Assembly (NCBI GenBank): GCA_048939595.1
Contig: JBHLPI010000003.1
Span: 2,366-66,365 of the forward strand
DNA: 64,000 nt
From: Promethearchaeota archaeon
GTDB taxonomy: Archaea; Asgardarchaeota; Hermodarchaeia; Hermodarchaeales; Hermodarchaeaceae
Direction of reading: 5' to 3'
The translations under genes were made by a program, and so were the position numbers. Positions 9,918-19,500 of this stretch are shown here, piece by piece. The number at the start of each line of letters is the position of its first letter. Positions within the stretch are counted from its first letter, which is position 1. The notes under the pieces were generated by a model. That model saw nothing but the letters and a program-made list of their open reading frames with translations. It did not search any database and was not told the DNA's origin.

Positions 9918-10541
9918 ATGAGCCGATGGAAAAGAGATGAAACTTACCGGAAACGAGCCCAAGAAATGGGTTACCGTTCTCGTGCAGGATTCAAAATTCT
10001 TGAAATGGATAATCGATTTGAGATTTTAAAAAACGCCCATCGGGTCGTAGATTTATGTTGCGCCCCTGGGTCTTGGTTACAAGTTGTCCGTGAACGATGT
10101 GATAATCCTGAATCGGTAATCGTTGGTGTAGATTTAACGTATGTGCGACCGATTCAGGGTGTGAGGATTATCCAAGAGTCTATTGAATCTCCGGATCTCA
10201 TTCAACAGCTTCGTGATACTTTGCAAAAACCAGCTGATGTTGTACTCAGTGATTGTGCACCCAAACTTTCAGGAAGTAAATCTCTTGACCGAGAGCGCCA
10301 ATTATGGCTCGCAAAACTTAGTTTTAAACTTGCTACAGAATTACTAGAGAGAAAGGGAAACTTTGTAACGAAAGTCTTTCAATCTGATGCATTTCGTGAT
10401 TTCACCATCCGAGTGAAAGAGTGCTTCAAATTAGTAAAAACTTACAAGCCAAAGTCATCATTTAAACGAAGTCCTGAGATGTATTTAATTGCAAAGGGGT
10501 ATCGTGGTAGCGAAAATCCTGTTAGTCAAGCCTTTCTTTAA
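9918..10541 (+). CDS. rlmE: rRNA (uridine-2'-O)-methyltransferase RlmE/FtsJ
   Basis: YRSRAGFKILEM... DLCCAPGSWLQV ... DCAPKLSG motifs. I prefer the ATG at 9918, just after the trm1 stop, over the upstream TTG at 9819 that overlaps trm1. Confidence 0.85.
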   Translation: MSRWKRDETYRKRAQEMGYRSRAGFKILEMDNRFEILKNAHRVVDLCCAPGSWLQVVRERCDNPESVIVGVDLTYVRPIQGVRIIQESIESPDLIQQLRDTLQKPADVVLSDCAPKLSGSKSLDRERQLWLAKLSFKLATELLERKGNFVTKVFQSDAFRDFTIRVKECFKLVKTYKPKSSFKRSPEMYLIAKGYRGSENPVSQAFL

Positions 10542-10908
10542 TCCAGGTGTTAAGCTTCTCACAGATCCAAGGACTAGTTGGCTGACCAGCACCACACTGA
10601 TCAATATCTGGACATACAAAGCATGGACATCCTTCTAGTGTATCCCATTCTGATTCTTCTTCATTCTGCCAAAATATTCGAAGGGTTGCTTTTCCATCAT
10701 GACTTTCTTCAACTTTTTTGACTTTTCCATTTTCTGTTAACAAGTCAATAATCTGAAGAAGCTTGGATTCGGACTGCTCTGTTCTTTTAACTAGCTCTGC
10801 AAGAAGAATGCCCTGCTTTCCTGCGTCCTTAAGGACCTCGATAGTACCGGATTCCATGACATCATCTAGGAAGCTGGTCCGATGAATAAAAAAGCTTTCA
10901 AACGCCAA
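10522..10908 (-). CDS. TFE-beta / RPC34-like winged-helix protein with C-terminal 4-Cys motif
   Basis: N-terminal winged helix (ILLAELVKRTEQSESKLLQIIDLLTENGKV) plus GCPCFVCPDIDQCGAGQPTSPWICEKLNTW. The second motif resembles the Fe-S cysteine pattern of RPC34/TFE-beta, recalled from memory. Confidence 0.5.
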   Translation of the reverse strand: MAFESFFIHRTSFLDDVMESGTIEVLKDAGKQGILLAELVKRTEQSESKLLQIIDLLTENGKVKKVEESHDGKATLRIFWQNEEESEWDTLEGCPCFVCPDIDQCGAGQPTSPWICEKLNTWIKERLD

Positions 10909-10955
10909 TGAAAAGAAAGGAAGAAGGGCGAAAGCATTCGCCCTATAAATACCCG

Positions 10956-11822
10956 TTAGAGGGGAACTTCAAGATCCAGTTTTTCAACAAGCTCTTTGTA
11001 ACGGTTGCGCACTGTTACTTCTGTTACGCGGGCGACAGCAGCAACTTCGCGTTGCGTGCGTCGTGAATTTGCCAGAACGCTAGCAACATAGATTGCTGCA
11101 GCGGCTACTCCTGTTGGTCCTCGACCACTAGTTAGCCCCTTGTTAGCAGCCATTTTCAAAATTTGAATCGCTTGCGCTTGTACTTCACCGAGTAATTTCA
11201 GTTCACTGATAAATCGGGGAACATAATCTATGGGAGAGGTTGGGGGGATGGAAAGGCGAAGTTCGCGTGCGATAAATCGATAGCTCCGCCCAATTTCCTT
11301 CTTGCCAACTCTTGAAACCTCCGCAACTTCATCGAGTGTTCGAGGAATGCGTGATTGTCGACAGGCCGCGTAAAGGGCTGCTGCAGCAACCCCTTCAATT
11401 GATCGGCCTCGAATCAAGCGTTGTTCGACAGCTCTACGATAAAGCATTGCAGCGATTTCGCGAACGTTGCGTGGAAGACCTAGACTCGATGCCATACGAT
11501 CCAGTTCAGAAAGAGCATAAGCGAGATTGCGTTCTGTTGCATCGGATACACGAATTCTTCGTTGCCATTTCCGTAGTCGATAGATTTGCGCCCTACGTTT
11601 TGGAGCTAAATCTTTCCCATAACTATCACGATTTCGCCAATCAATCATTGTTGAAAGACCTTTATCGTGGATAGTGAAGGTTAGAGGCGCTCCAACACGT
11701 GCCCGTTTATCACGTTGTTCTTGATCAAAAGCCCTCCATTCGGGGCCTTCATCGATAATTCGGTCGGTGAGTACGAGTCCACAGTTCATGCAAATGATTT
11801 CAGCTCTTGAATAGTCTTTCAC
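10956..11822 (-). CDS. tfb: transcription initiation factor TFB (true start probably upstream, near 11873)
   Basis: Second half of the Zn ribbon (CMNCG), B-reader EGPEWRAF and two cyclin repeats ([17 protein letters not shown]; [16 protein letters not shown]). The first CxxC (HCPDCG, 11838-11852) is in frame but upstream of the GTG used by the ORF track. Confidence 0.9.
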   Translation of the reverse strand: MKDYSRAEIICMNCGLVLTDRIIDEGPEWRAFDQEQRDKRARVGAPLTFTIHDKGLSTMIDWRNRDSYGKDLAPKRRAQIYRLRKWQRRIRVSDATERNLAYALSELDRMASSLGLPRNVREIAAMLYRRAVEQRLIRGRSIEGVAAAALYAACRQSRIPRTLDEVAEVSRVGKKEIGRSYRFIARELRLSIPPTSPIDYVPRFISELKLLGEVQAQAIQILKMAANKGLTSGRGPTGVAAAAIYVASVLANSRRTQREVAAVARVTEVTVRNRYKELVEKLDLEVPL

Positions 11823-11869
11823 TAATCGGGTAGTGCCACAATCAGGACAATGAGCGAGCGTAGATGCAC

Positions 11870-12205
11870 TTACTTCTTTCGTCGTTTCACTACGCCTCCT
11901 TTTGGAGCCTTCTTTAGATAGAGAGTTGTCCCAGGAGGCACCATGGTGTCTGTAAGTCTCGCTTCAGGTTTTAATGCAGCAAACGGTTGAATAGTTGGTC
12001 CAAAGATATCAATCACTTTTCCCACTTGTTGAGAATGAGTTGAAAAAATGCGTGTCCCTAGTCGTACAGCACGATTTAGACGCGCAATGACATTTCCTTG
12101 CGCGGAAATGTGTAGAACGTGACCAATTCCTTGCAGCAGATCGACTCCTGGGAAGGCCAGAATTGCGTCGTGGGGGGGATTAGAAGGTGAGAAATAGACC
12201 GTCAC
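11870..12205 (-). CDS. gar1: H/ACA RNP protein Gar1
   Basis: [19 protein letters not shown] core motif and a basic tail; conserved gar1-tfb neighbourhood. Confidence 0.85.
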   Translation of the reverse strand: MTVYFSPSNPPHDAILAFPGVDLLQGIGHVLHISAQGNVIARLNRAVRLGTRIFSTHSQQVGKVIDIFGPTIQPFAALKPEARLTDTMVPPGTTLYLKKAPKGGVVKRRKK

Positions 12206-12328
12206 TTAAAAACGTTTGCCTGCTTTTCTGCGTGAAAGCGTTGACATTTGTAACCCCAAGAGAAAAATCCGAAAATGAGGATTTTTCCAACGGTTGTTGT
12301 TGGCTTTACTGGGTTCGAGAGTTATCTC

Positions 12329-12631
12329 TTATTTCTTGCCCACTTCTTTCAAGGTTTTCATAATTTTAGCTAGTTCCTTTAGAAGTTGGGTTTTGGTTTG
12401 TTTCTCAGGTTTCTTTATCAACACGACACCTGATGTAGCCCACCAACTTGGAGGATAACGAACTTTTGATTCAACGGTATATTGAAGACCCAGTCGTTGG
12501 GCTGCCGCTGCAACCATTGATGTCGTTACTACTGTCAAGGCAAGTTTTTTAGGAACTCGGCGCCCCGAATGGCGACTACGATTCGCTTCGAAATAGGCAG
12601 GGTAGATGTAATAGTTTCCTGATTTCCGCAT
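12329..12631 (-). CDS. srp19: signal recognition particle protein SRP19
   Basis: IYPAYFEANRSRHSGRRVPKKLA motif; 100 aa. Confidence 0.85.
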   Translation of the reverse strand: MRKSGNYYIYPAYFEANRSRHSGRRVPKKLALTVVTTSMVAAAAQRLGLQYTVESKVRYPPSWWATSGVVLIKKPEKQTKTQLLKELAKIMKTLKEVGKK

Positions 12632-12730
12632 TCTAAACCGCCTTCATAGCCCCCATCTAGAGCACATAAGCTTTGCTTTTCTTGTAAGGGAGCAAGGTTC
12701 AAAAGTTTTGAGTAGCTGGATTGAAACGTC

Positions 12731-13108
12731 ATGCACGAGTTTTCTACTGCAGTCAGTATTGTTGAAGCTGTAAAACGGACTGCAAAAAGTCATGGTGCTA
12801 CAAAAGTAGTGAAAATAACTTTACAGATAGGTCAGTTTTCGATGCTGAATCACGATCAGCTTATTTTTGGTATTGAGATAGCTTCTAAGAATTCGATAGT
12901 AGAAGGTGCAGAGATAAGTATTGAGCCCCTTACTACGAGAATTCGATGCCGACAATGCGGTGCTGAATCTGATGTTACTCAAGAGGGTCCATTGTATGAG
13001 ATTTTATCATCTCTGACGTGTTCGAAATGTAATACAAAGGATGTTGAAATTATCCAGGGACGAGAATGCATTATCAAGGATATTCAAGCAGAGGTAGAAC
13101 AAGAATAA
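12731..13108 (+). CDS. hypA: hydrogenase nickel insertion protein HypA
   Basis: N-terminal MHE motif and CRQCG...CSKC zinc site; 125 aa. Confidence 0.85.
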   Translation: MHEFSTAVSIVEAVKRTAKSHGATKVVKITLQIGQFSMLNHDQLIFGIEIASKNSIVEGAEISIEPLTTRIRCRQCGAESDVTQEGPLYEILSSLTCSKCNTKDVEIIQGRECIIKDIQAEVEQE

Positions 13109-13117
13109 CTAAAAGGT

Positions 13118-13498
13118 CTACTCAATTTTTATCGCATCTACTACGCCTGTTTGGCCGGGACGACTCGTTACGATTGCTTTGCCTTTCTCTGTCTCAATTA
13201 TGGTCCCTTTGGTTATTATTCCCCGTCGATCAAAATCGACATTCGCAGGGTTCTGTAGGACTTGAATAATCTTGGCTTTCTCTGAAGTCCCTGAGGGTTT
13301 GTCTGTAACATTAGCGTAAGACACAGCAAGTAAACGATGTTTGATGTTTCCACCGAGGACTCGTTTGATACGGAGCTTTTTATCACCCATGATTGTTTCC
13401 GTGGCTTGACTGCCTCGTTCAAATTTGCGATGCTTCCGTGATGAGCGACGTCTTGCACCACTGTGATACCGTTTTGATTTTCCTTGCCATAAGGGCAT
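13118..13498 (-). CDS. rps8e: ribosomal protein eS8
   Basis: MPLWQGKSKRYHSGARRR...KLRIKRVLGGN pattern. I chose the ATG at 13498 rather than the TTG at 13570. Confidence 0.9.
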   Translation of the reverse strand: MPLWQGKSKRYHSGARRRSSRKHRKFERGSQATETIMGDKKLRIKRVLGGNIKHRLLAVSYANVTDKPSGTSEKAKIIQVLQNPANVDFDRRGIITKGTIIETEKGKAIVTSRPGQTGVVDAIKIE

Positions 13499-13616
13499 TT
13501 CAGTAACCTCGGATTTGACACGAGACACTGACAAAGAGCTATAAACGTTTCGCCAACCCGACAATGGCAAAGAACTTTAGGTTCGTGAGTTTTGAGCTTC
13601 ATATGTCAAGTCGGTA

Positions 13617-14657
13617 GTGATTCTTATGGTTGAAGAGAAAGCCTTTGTTGAATTAGCCCATGGTGCAGGCGGACGGGCTATGGCTCAATTTCTGTCGGAA
13701 GTGGTTTTTCCACATTTTAAACTCAACCGAGTTCAAACCGGAATTGGATTACCTGAGGCAGATGACGGAGCAACGATACCACTTAGAAAGCATGAGGTAG
13801 TAGTTTCCACTGACAGCCATACAGTATCCCCATTATTTTTCCCCGGAGGCGATATTGGAAGGCTTGCAGTGGCGGGTACAATTAATGACGTGGCGATGAT
13901 GGGAGCACAACCATTAGCGATGACCAGTGCATTGGTTATTGAGGAAGGCTTTCCAATTAAAGATCTTGACGCGATTTTGGATTCAATGGCGACAACAGCT
14001 GCAGAAGATCAAGTAGCAATCATTGCAGGGGATACTAAAGTTATGCCAAAAGGAGGACTTGATCAGATGATTATTTGCACAACTGGATTTGGTTTGGTCG
14101 ATAAGGGAAAGGCGATTACTGACGGGGGGATCAAAGTAGGTGATAAGCTAATTATGACAGGAACAATTGGCGATCATGGCATTGCTTTGTTAGCAAGTCG
14201 TGAAGGACTTACCTTTGAAACCAATTTATTATCAGATGTTGCGCCCCTATGGTCCTTGATTCATAAGGCTTTGCAGGTGGGAGGAATTCATTCAATGAAA
14301 GATCCTACGCGTGGAGGACTTTCAGCTGCTTTGAACGAGTTAGCAAAAAAGTCAGGTGTTAGCCTGATAATCAATGAAACCGATCTTCCTTTTCAGCGTG
14401 AAGTTCTTGCTGCAAGCCAAATGCTGGGGCTTGATCCACTTCAGGTAACATGTGAAGGTAAAGCCTTAATTTCTGTAGAAGCTAGCAAAGCTGATGCAGT
14501 TTTACAGTCAATTCGTAACTCAAAATACGGAAAACATGCACAAATTATTGGGGAGGCTACGGATGAACGACCTGGTTTAGTTATTATGAAAACCGAGGTC
14601 GGTGGTTCTCGAGTCATCCAGCACCCATGGGCCGAAGCTATCCCCAGGGTGTGCTAG
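13617..14657 (+). CDS. hypE: hydrogenase maturation protein HypE
   Basis: AIR-synthase-like fold motifs (DDGA, GDTKVM) and the characteristic C-terminal PRVC. Confidence 0.9.
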   Translation: MILMVEEKAFVELAHGAGGRAMAQFLSEVVFPHFKLNRVQTGIGLPEADDGATIPLRKHEVVVSTDSHTVSPLFFPGGDIGRLAVAGTINDVAMMGAQPLAMTSALVIEEGFPIKDLDAILDSMATTAAEDQVAIIAGDTKVMPKGGLDQMIICTTGFGLVDKGKAITDGGIKVGDKLIMTGTIGDHGIALLASREGLTFETNLLSDVAPLWSLIHKALQVGGIHSMKDPTRGGLSAALNELAKKSGVSLIINETDLPFQREVLAASQMLGLDPLQVTCEGKALISVEASKADAVLQSIRNSKYGKHAQIIGEATDERPGLVIMKTEVGGSRVIQHPWAEAIPRVC

Positions 14658-14664
14658 TTTCATA

Positions 14665-15150
14665 CTATATTGCGCAATCTTGTGTAATTCCAAGATTGAT
14701 TTCATAAAGGATCTGTGTAATTTGTTCGTTTAGTTCTGGTGCACAGATTGCAGCAGGTTGAGGAGTGATAAGTCGATCACGGTATTTTGTGAGGAATAGT
14801 TTCATAATCCGTTTTGCGAGTGTTTCGATAATAATTGGATTAGATGTTTTTGTACTACTGATGACCAAAAGCCCGTTTTGTAGTGGATGGAAGGTATACC
14901 TACAAGGCTCAGTTGTAACTGTCTCTATTCGTCCATCTGTTACTTCTTTCGCAAATAGAGATAAGGCAATGAAAAAACCTCCAAGAATTGCTGGATCGGG
15001 GTGATTTTCATGCGAAGTAAAAATTCGATAATAGAATGGACACCCTGACTCTTTCAGAATAAAGAGAGAATTAAGTCCTTCAGGCGGGTTGATTGGCGAA
15101 GCTTTGTCACAGGAGGAAGTAGGTATTGATGTTTGAGGGATTCTTGCCAA
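14665..15150 (-). CDS. longin-like (sedlin/Bet5-type) alpha-beta sandwich domain protein
   Basis: After a low-complexity N-terminus comes LFILKESGCPFYYRIF...ILGGFFIALSLFAKEV..GRIETVTTEPCRYTFHPLQNGLLVISSTK...ETLAKRIMKLFLTKY. This follows the beta-beta-alpha-beta-beta-beta-alpha pattern of longin/TRAPP small subunits. Remote similarity only. Confidence 0.4.
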   Translation of the reverse strand: MARIPQTSIPTSSCDKASPINPPEGLNSLFILKESGCPFYYRIFTSHENHPDPAILGGFFIALSLFAKEVTDGRIETVTTEPCRYTFHPLQNGLLVISSTKTSNPIIIETLAKRIMKLFLTKYRDRLITPQPAAICAPELNEQITQILYEINLGITQDCAI

Positions 15151-15251
15151 ACTTGAAGCCTCGGGATAATTAGCTTTACTTGAGTTTGTAGAACCAGATA
15201 TAAACTAACAAAGTTAGGATGAGATTTTTCAATCAGAGTATGATGGACTGG

Positions 15252-15818
15252 CTATTGCTCAGCCGCTGACGCTAATTCTGATTGTTCTATTCGAATCTGC
15301 TTAATCATTCTTCGTAGTTGACCTTTCAGTTTGTCAGTATCATATTCGAAGCCAAAATAATCTGCAAACATTTCAGTGGTCCTAAGTTCTTTAGTTCGTC
15401 CCGCTGGATTGGATTCTATGAAACCATGTGATTCCAGCATTTTGATGTGCTTATAACTATGCGAACCGCGATATAGTACAACATTCGATTGGAGAATGGG
15501 TTGGGAGAGGGCGATATAGATGAGCGTTTTCAGTTCACCCAGTGATAGTAATCCCTGTGGAGCTAACTCACCCACCTTTTCACTGAGTTCAGGATCTAAT
15601 TGGAGGACAAACCGCTGGCGAGGAAGTCGAACAATTTCTAAAGCCCCTGATCGATTATCATATTCATCTATTAGCTCTTGGACAGATTCTCGTACCTGCT
15701 TCAAGGTTGGTATTTGTGTTGCCTGTTGGATTTCATGAATGGTGAGAGGTCGCCCTGCAATGTAGAGAGCTGCTTCAACTAATCGAGTTGTTTCATCCAC
15801 TGTTGAATCCCTCCTCAC
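15252..15818 (-). CDS. scpB: segregation and condensation protein B
   Basis: EAALYIAGRPLTIHEIQ motif, tandem winged helices; overlaps scpA. Confidence 0.85.
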   Translation of the reverse strand: MRRDSTVDETTRLVEAALYIAGRPLTIHEIQQATQIPTLKQVRESVQELIDEYDNRSGALEIVRLPRQRFVLQLDPELSEKVGELAPQGLLSLGELKTLIYIALSQPILQSNVVLYRGSHSYKHIKMLESHGFIESNPAGRTKELRTTEMFADYFGFEYDTDKLKGQLRRMIKQIRIEQSELASAAEQ

Positions 15819-16482
15819 TGCTTAGTTTTTGGACTAAAATCATGAGGTCTCCATTTTGGAGAGCCTGTGTGAGGCGAATTTTGCCTTCGCCTAATAAGTA
15901 GAGGAGAGTTAGAAAAACTCGAATAATATCAATATGTGACATCCCATGAACAAAGTCGACAAAAGAGATTGGGTTACTTTCAAGACTTACTTCAAGCAAC
16001 TTTGTGTATAATCCCTTCATTGATTTGGTCAGTTCAACTCGTGATCCATCAAATTGGGGGATCGTTGGGAAAGAATCACTATTTTTTGTTTGCTTTCGAA
16101 ACCGCTTCTTAGGCGGAAAGACAATTTCACGGAGTGCTTCAAGAAATTCTGCTGAGGATGTGGGACGAATATTTTGCCGAAATGGGGGGCGAATAGGAGG
16201 TAAGAAGATATCATCTTCGATTACTTTGATTATTTCTTCTTCCTCTCGGCCAAACTCAAGTAAATATTCAGTTTTTAATCGGAGAAGTATCGCCGCAGAA
16301 AGTAGTGCGCGACCACAAATGCGAAAATCGATGTACTCAGCTGTTAGTAGTCGACCAATGAATCCATTGACTAGTTCGGCTAGGTCGAGCTCCCATGGAC
16401 TAATCTTTTGCAATTCTAAGATATCAGTGAGAACTCGCCATGGTTGATGAAACCAGAATGGTTCAGGGCTACTTTCCGTCAA
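15793..16482 (-). CDS. scpA: segregation and condensation protein A (kleisin)
   Basis: Sits between smc and scpB. N-terminal ..PWELDLAELV.. kleisin motif and a C-terminal winged helix. Confidence 0.8.
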   Translation of the reverse strand: MTESSPEPFWFHQPWRVLTDILELQKISPWELDLAELVNGFIGRLLTAEYIDFRICGRALLSAAILLRLKTEYLLEFGREEEEIIKVIEDDIFLPPIRPPFRQNIRPTSSAEFLEALREIVFPPKKRFRKQTKNSDSFPTIPQFDGSRVELTKSMKGLYTKLLEVSLESNPISFVDFVHGMSHIDIIRVFLTLLYLLGEGKIRLTQALQNGDLMILVQKLSSEEGFNSG

Positions 16483-16566
16483 TGAATTATCTTTCTCCAG
16501 TTTCTTAGCAATTTTGTAGTACTTGATAAATGCGTCCTTATAATCTGATGTATTATCTGCTTTTCA

Positions 16567-19500
16567 CTATGTTTTACTTGTGCCTTCAATCATAAGAAGA
16601 CCTTCTTCAAATTGAACTGAAAATACTTGAGATACCCCATCTACTAGTGCAACACCAAGTATTGTTTTAGCCAGTCGGATTGTAATCTCGTTGTGTGAAA
16701 TAATAAGAAATTGTGAATTTTCAGCAAGATTTGCAATTAATCGCGCAACGCGATCGGCATTATTTGGATCTAAGGCTTCGTCGACTTCATCAAGGAAGTA
16801 GAAAGGAGCCGGTTGATGGAGTTGTAAGGCAAACATAAAGGTTAATGCTGTTAGTGCTTTTTCTCCCCCAGAGAGGGCGTCGAGGTATTGAACACGTTTA
16901 CCTGCGGGACGAATTTTCATTCGCATTCCACCTAAGAACGGATTCTCAGGATTCTCTAATTCGAGCTCTCCCTCACCCTGAGTGAGTTGTTGATAAACGT
17001 CAGTAAAATTCTGTGAAATACTATTAAACGCCGCCATAAACACGCGAAACTTCTCTTCTTCTGCTTTCCGCATTGCGTCTAGAATCGCTTCGCGCTCTTC
17101 ACGTATTCGGGTTTCCTTTTCTAATATCTCATCATAAGCATGGCGAATTTCTTCAAAGCGTTCAACAGCCTTTTGATTGATAAGGCCTAATTGTTCCCTC
17201 TCCTGTTGGAGTTCAGAAATTTGTCTGCGTAAGCTGTGTACCTGGACGGGTTCTAACGGTAGCAACGGAGGTTCTAAACCTTGAGTTTTCTCCTTCTGAG
17301 CATCATAACGTTCCTGCCAGTTTTCTATCCGACCTTCAATTTTTGACTGGTTCATTCGTTCTTCATTGATTTTATCGAATAGTTCGTCGATTGTAATTCC
17401 TAATTGTTGTGTTTCTTTTTCACTTTCCCTGATTCTTTCTTCTATTGAGTGAATTTGTTCATTCAGGTTATTAACCTCAGCTTCGAGTGTTTCTATTTTG
17501 TTCTGGTGCTCTTGGATTTGTTCTTGAGTGGTTGCTAATTCTTTTTCATTCTGTTCTAATTCGGCTTTCGCATTAGAGAATTCTTCAGATAATCGTTTAA
17601 TCTCACTCTGTGAGTAACGAGCTTCGCTAACCTTTTCGGTTAGTTTAAGTTGGGTTTCTTGGAGTTGTGATTCGTAGTCATCTAGCTGAGTCCGGAGCCC
17701 AGTGAGATTTGGATCTAAACTGCTTCTTTCTAGTAACGATAAGCTTTCTTGTAGTTCTTTTCGCTTGTCGATGAGCTCATTGATTTCAGATTGATCTGTT
17801 TGGAATTTATCGATTAAGGATTGGTGAGAGTCTTGTTCATCTTTTAGTGATTCACGCAGTTTGGAAATGCTTTCCTTAAAATCAATGAGTTCTTCTTCTT
17901 GAGCAGTGGCAAGCTCATTTGTTTTGTTAAAGTTCGTTTTCACTTCTTCAAGCTGATGTTGTTTCTGGCTAACCTGACTATCTAATTCACTGATTCTATC
18001 AAGCCATTCCTTGTATTCAGCGGCTATTTTGGTTTGAAGTGCGCGCAATTCTTTGAGCTTCTTTTGTAATTCTGGAATTCTTGTCTCTTCTTCCAAAGTA
18101 AAAGATGAGAGTCCTTTATAGAATCCTCCTGTTAGAGTTCGATTAGGTTCGACGACATCACCATCAATTGTAATCTTACGGACACTAGGAGCTGTGATAT
18201 TCCGTGCTGTTTTCAAATCCTTGACGATAAGCGTGCGGCCAAAGACATAGTCGAATGCAGGACGATATTTTTCATCAAAGGTGAGTAAGTCCATCGCATT
18301 TCCGACAACTCCTTTTTGATCACTTTTTTGTGAATAAGGATTTGTCTTAATTGTATCAAGTGGAATAAAGGTCGCACGTCCTATTCGACTCTTTTTCAAA
18401 TGTTCAATGCATTTTGTAGCGGTTTCTTCAGTATCAACAACGATGAAATCTAACCGGCCACCACCTGCAACCTCAAGTGCAGTAGCATGCTTTGTAGATG
18501 TCTTTCCTAGGCTGCCAAGTGTTCCGTATACACCAGAAATTTTGTTCTCTTTCGCAAACTTCAACGTTGCTTCAGTCGCTGCTTTCCTTGTTAACCCATA
18601 CTTCTTGAATTCTCGAATTGTTTTCAATCGTGTTTGAGCTTCAAGGAGTTCTTCTTTTGAGTCTTGGATTAGCGAATTGAGTTCGTCCTGTTTGTCCAAT
18701 TTTTCTTGCATCGACAATTGAAAGGCGTCTTTTTGGTTTAGCAACTCGGCTACTTCAGATTCTAGATTGTGAATCTGGGTTTCGAGATTTTGGCATTCTG
18801 CTTGTGCTTCGTCTCTTGCATATTCTTGCTCTGGAAGAAGTGCATAGCTGTTTTCAATTTGCGTTTTCAGGTCAGAGACACGCTTTTCGGTGACGTGATT
18901 CAGAGCAGATGTTTCCCCAAGTTCACTTTTCTTAGTCTCAATGACTTGGGTTAACTCTAGTATCTGTTCCCTCAGCGAGAGATATTCTGCATCGGGAGAA
19001 ATAGTTTCTTTAGACAGTTCTGAGAGACGAGTTCGAATAGGGGCGATTTGTGCTTTCAATGACGTCTCTTCAGCTTTTAGTGCCTTAATTTCTTCGTTAA
19101 GTTCTGAATATCGCGTCTGTTCTTCTAAGTGTTTAGAGGAAAGATGGTCAACACTTGCCGATAATAACGCTTTTTCTTTGGTTAGTTTGTCAGAGGTAAG
19201 CAAGAGACCCTTCAGAATTTCACGTGTCCGTGTTTCTTCAAGTTCCTTTCCTCGTTGCTTCTGGTCTATTTCTTTGATTTTCTTTTCATCAACGAGAGCG
19301 TGTTGTTCTAATTCGAGTTTCCGCTCTTTCGCCTCTTTGCGTTGAGTTTCTAATTCTTTGATGGCAGAAGAATAGGTTTCGAATTCTTCTTTCATTGCAT
19401 TCAAGCGTTCTTCAACCCTGGCTAGTTCCGCAAAAACTAGATCTCTTTCGAGTTGTGTTAGATTATCTGTTATTTCTCGCCAGCGGAGGGCATCCTTTCG

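Noticed and set aside
11870-11910. Possibility that TFB is made as a Gar1-TFB fusion by a -1 ribosomal frameshift, since the tfb frame is open through the end of gar1.
   Set aside because: There is no X-XXY-YYZ slippery heptamer in the gar1 frame near its end, and such a fusion has no biological precedent. A non-canonical or mis-called start is simpler.
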